Shown here: positions 1-12,600 of the stretch, piece after piece
Layout: each line of letters starts with the position of its first letter
How positions within the stretch are numbered: position 1 is the stretch's first letter
Assembly (NCBI GenBank): GCA_020536535.1
Contig: JAHLWZ010000860.1
Span: forward strand, 1-64,000
Reading direction: 5' to 3'
Length of the DNA: 64,000 nucleotides
Origin: Pelomyxa schiedti
Lineage: Eukaryota; Protista; Evosea
Translations under genes and position numbers: made by a program
Notes under the pieces: generated by a model
Databases searched by the model: none
Told to the model about the DNA's origin: nothing
What the model saw: only the letters and a program-made list of their open reading frames with translations

Positions 1-1045
1 CATCAGCACCAGCCACGGTGCTGGACGTGAGGTTCACTATATTAGGAGACCACAAGACAGGCAAGACAAGCCTGGTGCGATCATATGTTGAGGGGTCACC
101 AATGGCGAACCCTGGGGCCACTGGGGGCACGTGTGAGAGGGACGAGGATGGGTTCTTCACGAAGACTGTGTCGTGGACCGATCCCGCAATGACTTTAGCC
201 ATTAAGGTGTGCTGTAGTTTTGTGTTTGGTGTTTCGTGGTCCCATAAGTGTGGACCGCTGCACCGCAAGCGGCGGAGAATTTTGTGTTTTGTGTTATTGT
301 TTTTTTTTATCACCTTTTCCTCTACTCTTCCTTTTATTGGAAAGTTTACTATTAGTTATTGAAGAATAATAAATCAAATAGAACACTTTGTTGGAAAATT
401 TTAACTGTGGGAAAAGACTTGGGACCTAGCTGATGGGCTGAAATTGGCTACTACAAATATTACAAAGCCATTCAAGATGAGTAAAGGTAAGGTTTCCTCG
501 ATGTGTTGTTGTCTGCTGAGTTTCTGCATCTGTTTATGGCTTGAACACTAACAGATGTCTTGTGGCTTTTAAAGGCTTCTTCATTGTGTTTGACATTTCA
601 AATCCGTCTACATTTGAAAATGTGCTGGGATGGAAGAAGCAAATTGAACAATTCCGCTCTTCATCAGACTCCCTGCCCCCTTCAATTATGTTAGTTGGGG
701 CAAAGCAAGACCTCACTAGTAGCGCAACTATAACCTACGCAACAGCCTCAGGGTTGGCCAAAGAGATGCAAGCTACCTATGTAGAGGTTAGACTCCTAAC
801 CACTTACCTTAACCTGTGTTACAAAATACCTATCTAAAACACAATCTGATACAAGATATTGCACTAAAAGAAATTAGGTATCAAATGTGACTGGATTGGG
901 TGTCACAGAGTGCTTTAATACGATGATACAGATGTATTTTGAGAGGCAAAATGAACGAAAACGACTGAAGCTGAAATCAAGTGACTCTGACGTACCCATT
1001 GTAAATACAAAAAGGCAAAAAAATGGTGGTTGTATTTTGTGTTAG
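1..1045 (+). CDS. Divergent Rab/Ras-family small GTPase, 5' end outside window, multi-exon
   Basis: P-loop GDHKTGKTS, then spliced exons giving WDLADG, GFFIVFDISNPSTFENV, VGAKQD and VSNVTGLGVTECF. Ends KNGGCILC-stop (TAG 1043-1045), a prenylation-type C-terminus. Splice phases are compatible. Confidence 0.85.
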
Positions 1046-1160
1046 AGCCGACTTCTTCCAATACCCCTTACTGAGATCTGTTATCTCCCCTTTAATTTTT
1101 CCCCCTTTCGGCCGAAAAGCAGACAAAATAAAAAAAAAGAAAAAAGAAGGCAGGGGAAGT

Positions 1161-2469
1161 ATGTACCCCGAAACCACAACGACGACGAGCGCCGAATTTG
1201 GGAACCCGAGAGGCGGGCCAATTCCTTCATCTTCATCATCAGGCTCAGCAACTCCAACCTCAGCCTCAGGGTCAGCCTCGTCACGACGATGTTGTGGTTG
1301 GTTCCACAGGCTCTGGTCCCGGTTGACCCAAAGACTGCCGACCCTCAGTCTCCCCAGGCCGCCGACCCATCTGCTCCCCAGATTGCCCAGTCTCCAGTCC
1401 CTCGACCCTCGCCCCAAGATCTACTCGTTGATCCCGCGGTGGCCCCGGTGCCTCGGGTTGCCTCGTTGGTTCTGGCTGCCTCGCTTCGGCCTGCCCACGG
1501 CGTCGTCGGCGGCCGCGTCGGCGCGCGCCAGGTTGGTGCCGGGGCCCACCGGTGTCTCCAGATTCAAGTCGGGGCTGGCCGTCTCCTGCGCGGTGCTTTT
1601 CGTCGCGCTGATGACCGTTTTCGTGTGGCCGCTGGTCACCACCCATAAGTTTGTGCCGCCGCCGGTCGGCGTTCGCATAAAGAGCTCGCCTGAGGACGTA
1701 GTTGCTGTGGGACAATTGCTGAATTCTGTGAGGGAAGAAATGGTTCACATGTCTGGACAATTGGAAGCTATGAAGAAGATTGTTGAAAGTCCATGCTCCC
1801 AGAGTTAGCTTTCCACCTCTCACTTTTCTTTTGTTCTTATTATCCCGTTCTTACATATTTATTATTTTCTTTTTTTTTTTTTAGTTCCTAGTGTTGTATC
1901 ATATGCCCCGTTTTTCATTGCCGTTGTGGCAATCAGTTGTTGCCTGGCAGTTGTTATCACTCAGTCTTTAGTACCTCAACGGGAGACACTTTCAGCCCCA
2001 ATTGACCAGTTTGTGTTCCACATACTATAACAAAATATAAAATGCATTAGCGTACTCCACTCCACGCAAAGCAACCGTCAGTGCACACTCCACAGAAAAA
2101 ATGAATCAAATATAGTACAGAATGACTGCACATCTCAAGAGGCAGAAGCACTATGATTTCAAAACCTCCCTAGAAGTCTATGGCAACCAACTCAATTTAC
2201 TTCTGGGAAAGATGGATGACTTGAAAGACTCCGTAATTGTATGTCTACTAGGTGATTCTTTCTTCCACTTAGAAACAAATGTAGAATATGAAATCCATGT
2301 CCGATTGTGACACGTTACGCCAAACAATTCTACGACTGGCCATTCAAGTCCAAAATCAAAATGAAGTGATTGAAAGGTAACTTCTATCACTTCATGGTCA
2401 ATTCTAATATTTAATGTCAGGCTACAACTGAAGCTGAAAGATCCCTCCGCAGCACAATCTGCTTTTTGA
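1161..2469 (+). CDS. Hypothetical membrane protein with two hydrophobic segments and a C-terminal coiled coil
   Basis: Long first exon from ATG 1161 with TM LAVSCAVLFVALMTVFVWPLV. A probable later exon gives YAPFFIAVVAISCCLAVVI, and the last exons give LRQTILRLAIQVQNQNEVIERLQLKLK, with stop at 2467-2469. No family recognised and downstream splicing is inferred. Confidence 0.5.
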
Positions 2470-2654
2470 CACAACACACCAACCAACAAAAAATAAAAAC
2501 TTGGGTTCTTTGCCCACACTTACTTCCTTTGATTTTCGCCCTCCATATCGGGCATCATCTCTCGGAATTCCAGATTCTTACACCAAAAGTTCTTCACACT
2601 TTTCCGGGCTCTCCTTGTTTGAACGTTTTTCAAAGCCACACCGCTCTTGTATCC

Positions 2655-4823
2655 ATGGGCACTGTGTCCTTGTATTTCTGTTCCTTCTCAGTTTCTGTCA
2701 CAAACAGTGCCCAGGTTGTTTCTTCTCATTGTTGTTCTTGCATCGGGCTCGTTTATTGAATGCGCGAAGCCCAACATTTTGTTCATTCTGGCAGACGGTA
2801 TGATTTTATTCCTTCTCGCGTTGTTAGGCTTTTATTTACTGTGCCACAAAAAACAGATTATGGCTTCAATGACATTGGGTATTGCACCAACCAAATACCC
2901 TTTTATTAATGCAATTCTGAATGCTTATGCTTGGCTTAACTAGTTATCACCAAAGTCAAGGAGAAACTACTGCTCAGCTCATTTACACACCAAACTTGGA
3001 CGCCCTTGCCCAAGAAGGGGTAAAAATTCCTTCACATGTTCATCGACTCATTGCAATCTAGGTGCGATTGGAGAGCCACTATGCTCAACCACTATGCTCA
3101 CCAACGAGAGGTGCGTTGATGACCGGAAGGCTGCCGGCACATACCGGAATTGGCCCAAATGTAATTAAGGTATTAAAGCTATGTACTTCCACAACCTTCT
3201 GAAAATTAGGGTTAGCCAGATATGCCTTACGCCATGCCCAAGTCGGAGCAGTTTCTGGCAGAAGTTCTAAGAGATGCCGGATATGCTACTCATCTTGTTG
3301 GCAAGGTTGCCAGGATCCTCATGATTAACTTGAATTGACTCTGGAAAAGTGGCACATGGGGTTCTGTGACGAGCGGTATACACCAACTTTCCGAGGATTC
3401 CAGTCTTTCTTTGGGTATTTTAATGGAGCTGAAGACTACTATACGTATGGAACTGCTTTTATCCCTGATCCTTACTCAGCCATATTCAACTAGACACATG
3501 CGAACCGAAGATGGCTACATAGGTATTAGAGGAAGGCCTGTTTACCCCAACTTAGTAGTCAATGTAGGATTCGACTTGCGAGATGGAACTACACCAAATG
3601 AACTTGCCCCAGTTGCCGAGGCTAATAACAGGTACAAAAACATGTACTCCACGGAAGTATTTGGAGCAAGAGTTGTGTCAATCATCCAAGACCATGCAGA
3701 ACAGAGCGGTAGTGTGCCTCTTTTCATGTATATCCCATTTCAAGTATGTACATTAAAATTTGAATCAAAGTCCCCCAATCCAAACAAATCTCAGGCAGTC
3801 CACAACCCATTGGAAGTTCCTGCGAAGTATACAAGTCCTTATGGCGATATTAAGAATAAGTACGCCGATACCAGCTATCTTGAATTGACACAATATTCCG
3901 TGCAGTGACAGAAAAACTGAAGCTGGAATGATTAATGCCATGGACCAAGCTGTTGGGAATATCACCTCGGCTCTTAAGTCTACGGGGCTGTGGCAAAACT
4001 CCATTATAATATTTGTGGCTGACAATGGAGGACCAGAAGGTACAGTAAGGAAGTTAACTTCTATTGCTCACTAGTATGACAGGAAACGCTGCTAACAACT
4101 ATCCCCTGAGAGGTTACAAGACAACCAACTTTGAAGGTGGAGTCAGAGTGAATGCCTTCATGGCCGGACCTGGGGCGAACATATCGTCCTCTCTCATAGG
4201 AAAACAGACAAATCAGCTATTCCACATTGTCGATTGGTTACCCACACTTGCCCACGCGGCCGGTGCCACTCTGAACCCTCCCAATCCATTGGATGGGTTT
4301 GACCAGTGGGATTCCATAACCACCGGTTCCGCCGGCCCACGTAACTTTATCGTCCACAACATGCCACCTCTGGCAAAGGGCCTCACACACGGGGCTCTAA
4401 GATACAACCAATGGAAGTTCATAATACAAAGTTCACATGCCGGTTCCAAAGCCGAGGCCAATACAACTTGTCTCCCACCTCCTGGATTCACTCCCGCTGT
4501 TACTGATGTTCCCCCTGTGGCCTATAAGGGATACTACCTGTTCAATATCAATGATGATCCCTATGAAACTACTAATCTAGCTCAGGAGGTATCCTCCCAG
4601 ATTCCACTTTTCCCTGATCAACCCATCAGCTCTAATTTAAATACTCTAGGAACCTGACCAACTACAATTCATGATAGATATGTTCAAGACCTACCAGACT
4701 GATGCCGTTGATGACTTGTCAACCAAATACGAAATAGACCCAACATGTGATCCACAACTCAACTCTGACAAGGCATGGGCTCCCTGGGATACTGTACCCG
4801 GTTCCCAGTGTTCCTATCTCTAG
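2655..4823 (+). CDS. Arylsulfatase B-like secreted/lysosomal sulfatase
   Basis: Hydrophobic leader followed by KPNILFILAD|DYG, signature LCSPTRGALMTGR (CSPTR at 3095-3109), GYATHLVGK|WHMG, AVHNPL, DNGG, NYPLRGYKTTNFEGGVR, HIVDWLPTL, LDGFDQW and YLFNINDDPYETTNLA. Start codon uncertain. Confidence 0.92.
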
Positions 4824-4897
4824 CCCCCCAAAAAGGAGGTTAATTTTGTCGTTTCTTGTTGAATGAACGGCACTTTCACATTGTTGGGTTTTTTTTT

Positions 4898-7800
4898 TTA
4901 CAACGAAAAAGCTGTGAGGGCTTGGAGGATGAGGGCAGGTGTTGATTGCTTGATGAACACAAGCTGAAGGAACAACCTGACGGAAATGCTCCTTTCACTC
5001 TCATCAACATCATTCTGCTGTCCCATCATAGTGCGGATGCCTTCACACGTCCGCGCCTTCAGTGCACGCAAGCTCTTCTCAATGCGAGACTCCATCCACA
5101 TGGATGCTGCCGATGATGATGAAGAAGCCGGTGTTCCTGATGCTGATGCTGATGCTGATGCTGATGTTGATGTTGACCTTGATGGCGATGGCGATGATGC
5201 CGCCGACGAAGCTGCGGGTGAACTTGTGGGCGTGGGAGCAGGCCTGGGGAGGGCAAGGTCGGCGAGGTCGGGGAGGAACAGGTGCGCGCCCACGAATGCG
5301 GAGGCGAGGCCCGCGGAGGGCCGCGTCGCGGGGTTCCGGCCCAACAGCCGCTTGAGGAGCTGGTGCAGGCACCGGCACTCGCGGGCCAGCGCCGCCGGGA
5401 CTACCACCGGCCGCGAGGTGATGTCTTCCTCGCTGGCGAACGGCCCGGTGCCGAAGCTCATCTGCCACACGACGCAGGCCACGGCCCACAGGTCGGTCTG
5501 GGAAACATTGTAGGTGCTAGACCTTGTGTGAGTGTCGATGATTGGGTTAGGGCAAGCAAGGCTTGGGATTGTTGAGAAAAACCTTGGTTTCAGTGCAACT
5601 GGTCTCAGTGCTTCTGGGGCTCTGTTAAGTAAGTTTCCTTCCGGGGCCTCGTTTTGGCCCAGTTCGAGCATACCAGGGGTCACACCGGTGCTTCTGTTTC
5701 CTGAAGGGTTGATGCTCACTGAGGTTCCAAAGTCACACAGAACTGTGAACTGGCCTGTGAAGCCGGCCCTCTCCAGGAGGAGGATGTTGTCGGATTTGAT
5801 GTCCAGGTGGAAAAGTCCACGCTTGTTGTTGAGGTGGTCAACGGTGGAAAGCAACTGAAAAGTGCTCTCCAACGTCTTGTCTTTCCCAAGTGGAAGGAGG
5901 ACGGCAGTTGGTTCTTTTGTTGGCATGGCAGCTCGGATGTGCTTTTGAAGGGTTGTTGAGCCAAGCTCCTGCATGATGAATGTGGTTCTATTGTAGATTG
6001 ACACGCATTCTTGGTGATTGTGAGGACTTGTGTCCAATGGCATTCCTGTATCTGATGAAACAAGGCACATCCTTGTCGGCATCAAGGCTTCCTTTTGTTT
6101 GGAAGTGAGTGCTACAGCATTTCTTTGGGTGGCTGGAGGGAGTTCACACCTGAGTATAACTTCGGAAAAAACTGATGATGTTTGCCACACCCCAGTGTTG
6201 GTTCTGTATAAGGGAGAGGTATTCCCTATCGAACCGGTTCCTCTGGTGTTCAGTGGTTCCAACACCAATATCTGGCTGAATGACCAGATTATACATCATT
6301 TTCAGGGCCACACCCTGCTCGATCATCCTCCTGGGAATGTGCCAATCGTTTGTGGGTTTCAGTTTCACATTGCTTGTGGTGCCATTGCACCCAACCCCAA
6401 GTATCTTTTTTTTTCAGTTCAGGTTTGAAAATAGACAGAAAATACTTTTGCAGAAAGCAGGTCGACATCACTCATCTCAATTGCTCTCATGAAGCTGAAG
6501 TCAATGTATGATGTGAACTGGTCCAAGTACTGCCACGATAAGTGAGTTGATTTTACTAAAAAAAACCCATGCCATTTGTATTTCTTTTTCCTAAAAAAAA
6601 TTACTGAATAAAAAAGAGTAACTTAGTTAAGTTACTTGTTGAAGTTCCAATTTCAGGGTTGTAATCAATGGTAACATCTCACTTCTCACCTGAGATATAA
6701 TATCATTGCTTCCTTCCATAGTGACACCAGCTGTTTTTTTTTTTTTTTTGTGATTCAACTGTGCTGGGGATGTCAGGGTAAAAAATATACAAGATTGTGT
6801 GAGTGGTGGCTCAGCCTGAAAGTGTTGGGGAAATTCTCTCCTCAATATGGAAGCAAACTCTTGGGTGATAACAGGAAAGAAATTCATTGAAGATGCATGT
6901 GCACTTGGCTTCGTGAAATTAAGCTGGAAGTATTCCTTTCCTTTTGTGTATGAGAATCATGCAGCAGTAATTTTGAATCAAAAATGAACACTGTTACCAC
7001 AGAAAAGAAGGAACACAATAACACCACAGCATAAGGGGCTTTTCCCATCTTTTTTTTGTTATGTGACACACCAAATGCAATTGATGTTCGACTGGGGCAT
7101 GAACCTTAGAGAGACTCAGAATAGGCTTCGGAACATGAGAAACAAACATGGAGAGCAGTCTTCTGATTCTGCGATCTCAATAGGAATTTCAAAGAGGTCA
7201 CCTGAAGGGTTGAGGAGCGGTGGACTTTCCATTTGAGATAAAAACATCCCTTCACCCAAAGGAATTGCTTTGTACCGAATGCCACCAACAATGGCATATA
7301 AAAGTGAAGGAAAGGTGTTCTCCAGAAGGATCAAGAGGCGAAATCCAGGGGAAGAAGGATTTTTCAACCACGTAAACCACAAAAAGTGAGTCCCTGTGGG
7401 ATACACAAGGGAAAGTCAGTGTGAGAAGAAAAAGATAAAAAAAGGCCCATACAGCTCTTTTGTTTTCTTTCCAGTGTTGAAAGTAGTTTCTTTCCTTTTT
7501 GTTCCTGAAACCAAATTTTCTGCTCTAGGGTGTGGTGAGGGTACATAAAAAGTATTGACACTGACATACGACTAAGATCCAGACTGACGAGTGTGTTGTT
7601 TGTTGATAGTGATTGTGCAATACTTGCTGCTTCATTATTACCAATTTTATTGCCTTGATTTATTTGTTTGGTTGTATGGCCTAATCATTGTTGATATACT
7701 CGAAAGATTCAGACTCAACAGTGACTTATTTTTTGACAGTGCCTGTGCAATACTCACTGCTCCCTTGTCCCCAGTGTCATTCACTTGGTTATTGTTTTAT

Positions 7801-9592
7801 TTGGATGGTTGGGGAAATTATATACATACAAACGAGAGTAAGACTAACCAGTGTGTTGTTTGTTAAAAGCAACTTTGCAATACTTGCGGCCCCTTCATCA
7901 CCAATTCCATTACCTTGTTTGTTTTGTTAGATGTTGTGCTAGGGGGGCACGTAACATACAATTCAAGTCCAGACTCACGAGTGTCTTGTTTGTTGTCAGT
8001 GACTCGGCAACACTCTCTACTCCCTCAGCACCAATTTCGTTTTCTAGATTTATGGTTTGTGGGCTTAACAGCCTGGTACATACCAGCAAGATTCAGATGT
8101 AATAGTGTACTGTTTGTTGATAGTGCCTGCGCAATACTGACTATTCCCTTCACACCAATCTCCGTGCCTTTAGTTTTGTTAGTTGTTTGGTTAGAAGACT
8201 GAATAAGTGCCAATCCATACGAGCAAGATTCAAACTCACCAATGTCTTATTCATTGATAGTGCCTGTAAAATAGCAACTGCTCCCTGAGAACCAATTTTT
8301 TGGTTGCCTTTTGCTGGTGGGAAAGAGTAGGAACCAAGTTGTTGGCATACCATATAATCTCAGCTTCACCAGCGTTTTATTTGTTGACAGTACTTGTGCA
8401 ATACTTTCTGCCCCCTCAGTATCGATGTTGTTAACTTTGTTTTTTAGGAGAATTGGTAACCAGTTATTGACATACACCCAAGATCCAGACTCACAAGTGT
8501 GTTGTTTATTGACAGTGACTGCACAATACTCACTGTCCCTTTGTCACCAATATTGTTTCCTTTTTGGCTAGTTTGTTTAAGAAGGGTTGATGGATAAGCA
8601 ACAAACCACTGAGAGACAGATTAATCAGTGTCCTATTTGTTAACAACAACTGTGCAATACTCACTGCTCCCTCAAAACTAATTTGATTGTCTTGTTGGTT
8701 TGTTAGTTGTCCGGTGGTTGAGTTGCAACTCATTGTCACCATTAAGATGAAGACTCACAAGTGTGTTGTTTGTTGACAAAGACTGTACAATATGTGCTGC
8801 TCCTGTGTCACTAATTTGATTTCCTTGTTTATCTAGTCTCAACAAAGCCACCTACCCCAAAGTTACATACGACTAAGATCCAGACTCACAAGTGTCTTGT
8901 TGATTGACAGTGCCTGTGCAATGCTCCATGATCCCTCATCACCAATTTTGTTCCCTTGTTGTGAGATGATGACGTGCTGTTCCCAGGAAGGATTAAGTGA
9001 CATACAGTAAAGACTCAGATACAACAGTGTAGAATTTGTTGACAGTGACTGTGCTATACTTGAGGCCCCGTCAACACCAATTTCGTTACCTTGTTGTGAG
9101 AATGAGAGCTGTTCCCAGGAAGGATTAATTGACATGCAAGTGACATACAGTAAAGACTCAGACACAACAGCGTATTATTTGTTGATATGAACTGTGCTAT
9201 ACTTATTGCTCCCTCATTACCAATGTTGCCCGCTTGTTTTATTTGTTTTTCAGTTGGCGAGTATAGAAGATTTTGCATACTGGAAAGACAAAGACTAAGA
9301 ATGGTCTTGTTTGTTAACAGTGCCTGGGCAATGCTCACTGCCCCATTGTCACCAATGCCTGTGTCTTTTTGTTGTTGTAGTTGTTTATGTTTTAAAAAGG
9401 GTCTTGAGGAGCCACACGTAGCATCAAGCAATTGCAGACTGTGTCAGGGTGCTGCAAAGACCAACAAATGTCCTCAATTGGTGTTCCAGAGCCAATAAAA
9501 CCACTTCGAAGCAGCTGCAGTCGACGGGTGTCCTCGGCATTTTTTCCATCACCGTGTTCAGTGGAGATTGAACTTTGTTGCTGATTGCCCAT
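4898..9592 (-). CDS. Putative N-myristoylated LRR (RI-like) protein fused to a C-terminal PINK1-like Ser/Thr kinase
   Basis: Start MGNQQQSS at 9592, 14 LRR exons, linker exons, then kinase motifs ILGVGCNG, VALKMMYN, NRTTFIMQEL, HLDIKSDN, DFG, APE, DLWAV and RPSAGLAS. The kinase domain (4898-6400) and the LRRs are each clear. The splice path is traceable from ~6950 into the kinase but is inferred across 7000-7560. Confidence 0.65.
7566..9365 (-). repeat. Array of 14 exon+intron units, each exon encoding one 28-aa LRR
   Basis: Units recur every ~130-140 bp with consensus NxIGdxGAxSIAQxLstNxTLvsLxLs. The exon measured (8871-8954) is 84 nt, and the donors checked are phase 1. Confidence 0.92.
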
Positions 9593-9668
9593 AGGAAAAA
9601 CACGCCGAGTATCGAGTGAATAAGAACTTGGGGTGTTTCGTGAATGAAGAACGATTCTTTTTTTTTTT

Positions 9669-12600
9669 TCAAGTGTTGGATGTGGACTTGATGGAGGTTG
9701 TGTTTAGTTTGTTGTATTGTTGGTGTGTGGGGATGTGTTGTTGCAGTGGTATGAGCGGGGGGCCAGATGGCGGTGTGAGTGACATTGGGGATAGTGTGTG
9801 ATTCTGTGGGAGAGAGTGGGCCGACATTGCAGCAAGTGTGTGTGCGGTGCATTGTGAGGAAGATGCCTGGCAATTTGACACAACTTGTGCAAGGGGTGGC
9901 AGAATCGGGATTCGCGGTTGCTCCGGTGGCTTGCTGTCATTTTTCGCAGTATCTGGTTTGGTTGTGCTCTGGCTGTCAGTGCTTGGCTGCTGCTGTATGA
10001 ATGATGAAAGACCCGGAGGTGAGGGCGGCGATGTGGGAGCAGGCATTTGCTGGGTCTGAAGTGGTAGTTGTGGTAAGGGAAGCTGCTGGGGCGTTTGAGG
10101 TTGTGAGGGCACTTGGGGAGGTGACATTAGTGGGTTGGGTGATGCGGCTAACGGGATAGGCGGTGCAGCGCCTGGTTGTTCGGAAAACTTGATCGGATTT
10201 TGGTCTGCTTGGTGTGTGGGTGTGGGAGGTTTTGGTGGAACAATTCGCTTTCCCATGAGAGCGAGCAGGTGGACTTTAACACATTGTTTGAATGCACAAT
10301 TCTTACTTCCTACATTGTATCCACCTTCTAGAACACTGACAAGACGCCCATTGCAGACCTTTTGTGCCACACGAACCAACTAGAAGTTTGAGGTTATTTC
10401 TAAGGACAAACGACGACGCACATACCTCATCTGTTATCCAGTAGAAGTCATACACGTCAAGTTTCAGCCCCTTCGTTGGGTCGTCCTTATGAGCATCAAA
10501 TCCAGCACTTAGAAGAATTATCTGAGGCTTATACTGCTGAATAACTTTAATAGCCTACGGGATGTGAAATCTTGATAGTAATTGGCAGTTATACTTTTCG
10601 AAGAGTTCTGTGAAACACTTTTGGAGGGGAGAATCTTTTAACAGGAAAGTTTAAGACATTGTGGGGACAAGGCTAGTTGATTTGGTAAGGGTCAAATGAA
10701 TTCATTTTGTGGGTTACATCATCAGGTCCCCCTGTCCCCGGGAAGAAGGTCTTCTTGTCATCATAAACGTGTATAGAAATAAAAAAGAAGTGATCATCAC
10801 CCCCAAGAAGTTCCTGTTAAACATGTTAACTATGGAAAATTGTGGTATAACTAACCTGAGTTCCATTCCCGTGGTGAACTGTTAAATAGAAAGGTGAGTA
10901 TATAAAAGAATGTGAGATAAGAAACCATCAAAATCCAAAACAGCAATCCTTTCATAATTTTGTGAGAGTTTAGCGTAATACGCGCCTACAGCCACATTAT
11001 TGATTAAGCAAAAACCCTGATGAGAGTGAGGATGGAAGTATGACACAGAGATGATAACCTGAGATGAGGCTTTCCCAGCATGGTGACCTGGTGGACGAAT
11101 AGCACAGAAGGCGTTCTGGTAATTTCCTGTAGAAGATTTGGAATATGGTATACAAAAACAGACTGTACCCTTGGTTACTGCATATATGGCATCACACACA
11201 GCGCCGGCAGCTCGGTAAGCGGAATTCAGTGATCCAAATGAAACGAATGTGTCACAGCACTCGGGATCTTGCTCTTCGAGAGGCACTTCTTGTGGTCCAT
11301 GACACATTCTGTGTAAAGAAATTAATATGGCACACCTCCAAGATGATGGACTAAAATTACATTGCAGGAGGGGCACAGACGTCATCAGGAATTCTATCAG
11401 CAAGTGCTTTTATATATGCTTCATCATGCACTTTGGTCAAAAGTTTTTGCAACACTTGGCAACTTGTGAGAAATTTGTTGAGGTGCATGTTGTGGTTCTT
11501 ACCAAGATTTGGGTTATTTATAACATGTAAAAATTCATGGTGCTTGAGCTCAAGCTCTGCTAGCAATTCAATTATAACTTGAAGGCGCTGCGGAGTTTCT
11601 ACATGGTCGGTTGGTGTATGATGTCCAAGACTATCACACCTATGAGACGAGAGCACAAATTAGGGAAACACACCATGAAGGATGATAAATAACAAGTGTT
11701 TGATTTCCGGTTACTACAGGGAATTAGATGGAACGAGATTAACATGGCGCCTGAATACCTTTTGAAGGAACAAAGCTTTTGGGCAGTGTATCTTCCGGAA
11801 ATTTACCGTTAACCTTACAATTAATTAATAAGTTTAAATATCATATTGAAATACACACTGAAGCTAAGTGAAATGTTGATGCTGTTGACAAAAAAAGCCG
11901 AAGGGAGGAGAGAACTTTTTCATCATTCTAAGGAATATGGGAATCATTGCCATTGTAGTTTTGGGTACACACATTACAGGATTCGTCTGCTTGAATTAGA
12001 CCTTGCTGCCTACCTGTTGAACAGTCATTAGCTACAATATTTTGCAAGAGAACAACATTTGGAAACATTGGCCGAGTGTACAAGTGCTTGGTGGCGAAGG
12101 TCATATTTCCTTCTTTTAGATTTTTTTTGTTGTACTGCTTCGGTTAATGACTTCCTCACACTATAACGGGGCGTTGATAAAAAGTTCACATGATAATTAC
12201 AAACCGAGATAAATCTTCATTCAGTTGTTGTTCCTCACGAAGCAGTTGGTCGAGTTCTGGGTTTGGAGATATCGATTTCGAACCTAAGAGGCTGAGGAAG
12301 AAGAATGGAGAGCAATGAAAAGAAAACCTCGGTGTCGAATCAATTGCCGAAGATCACTTTGAGTTTGTTGTGTTTTCACTTTCAAACTTGACGCTGCCCC
12401 CTGAATATTTATATTAAAATACTAATTTTCATTCTGAGGTATACAGCAAGTGTATACGACGACAGGGGAGCATGGCCCTTTTTGAGAGCATTTGCGCCAA
12501 TAGTGATGATGGATTCGAGCTGGATACCGTAAATTGAATGGAAACTGAGTGGCTATGTTACATCACGTAAGGCCGTAGAAAGAGACTCGGGAATAGCACT

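Noticed and set aside
3076-3100. Tandem 12-bp direct repeat CCACTATGCTCA in the sulfatase active-site exon
   Set aside because: It encodes HYAQPLCS, which matches the normal ARSB-type sequence, so it is coincidence and not an insertion.
6092-6150. In-frame TGA and frame change inside the kinase, suggesting selenocysteine, readthrough or a pseudogene
   Set aside because: A ~58-nt phase-0 GT-AG intron (YTQ|EALM) removes the stop and restores the frame.
7566-9365. Regularly spaced ~135-bp repeats suggestive of a CRISPR-like array
   Set aside because: The repeats are degenerate protein-coding LRR exons and the spacers are GT-AG introns.
9592-9700. Possible HDAC-LRR-kinase mega-fusion
   Set aside because: The HDAC tail ORF has a stop at 9669, and a separate MGxxxxS start follows at 9592.
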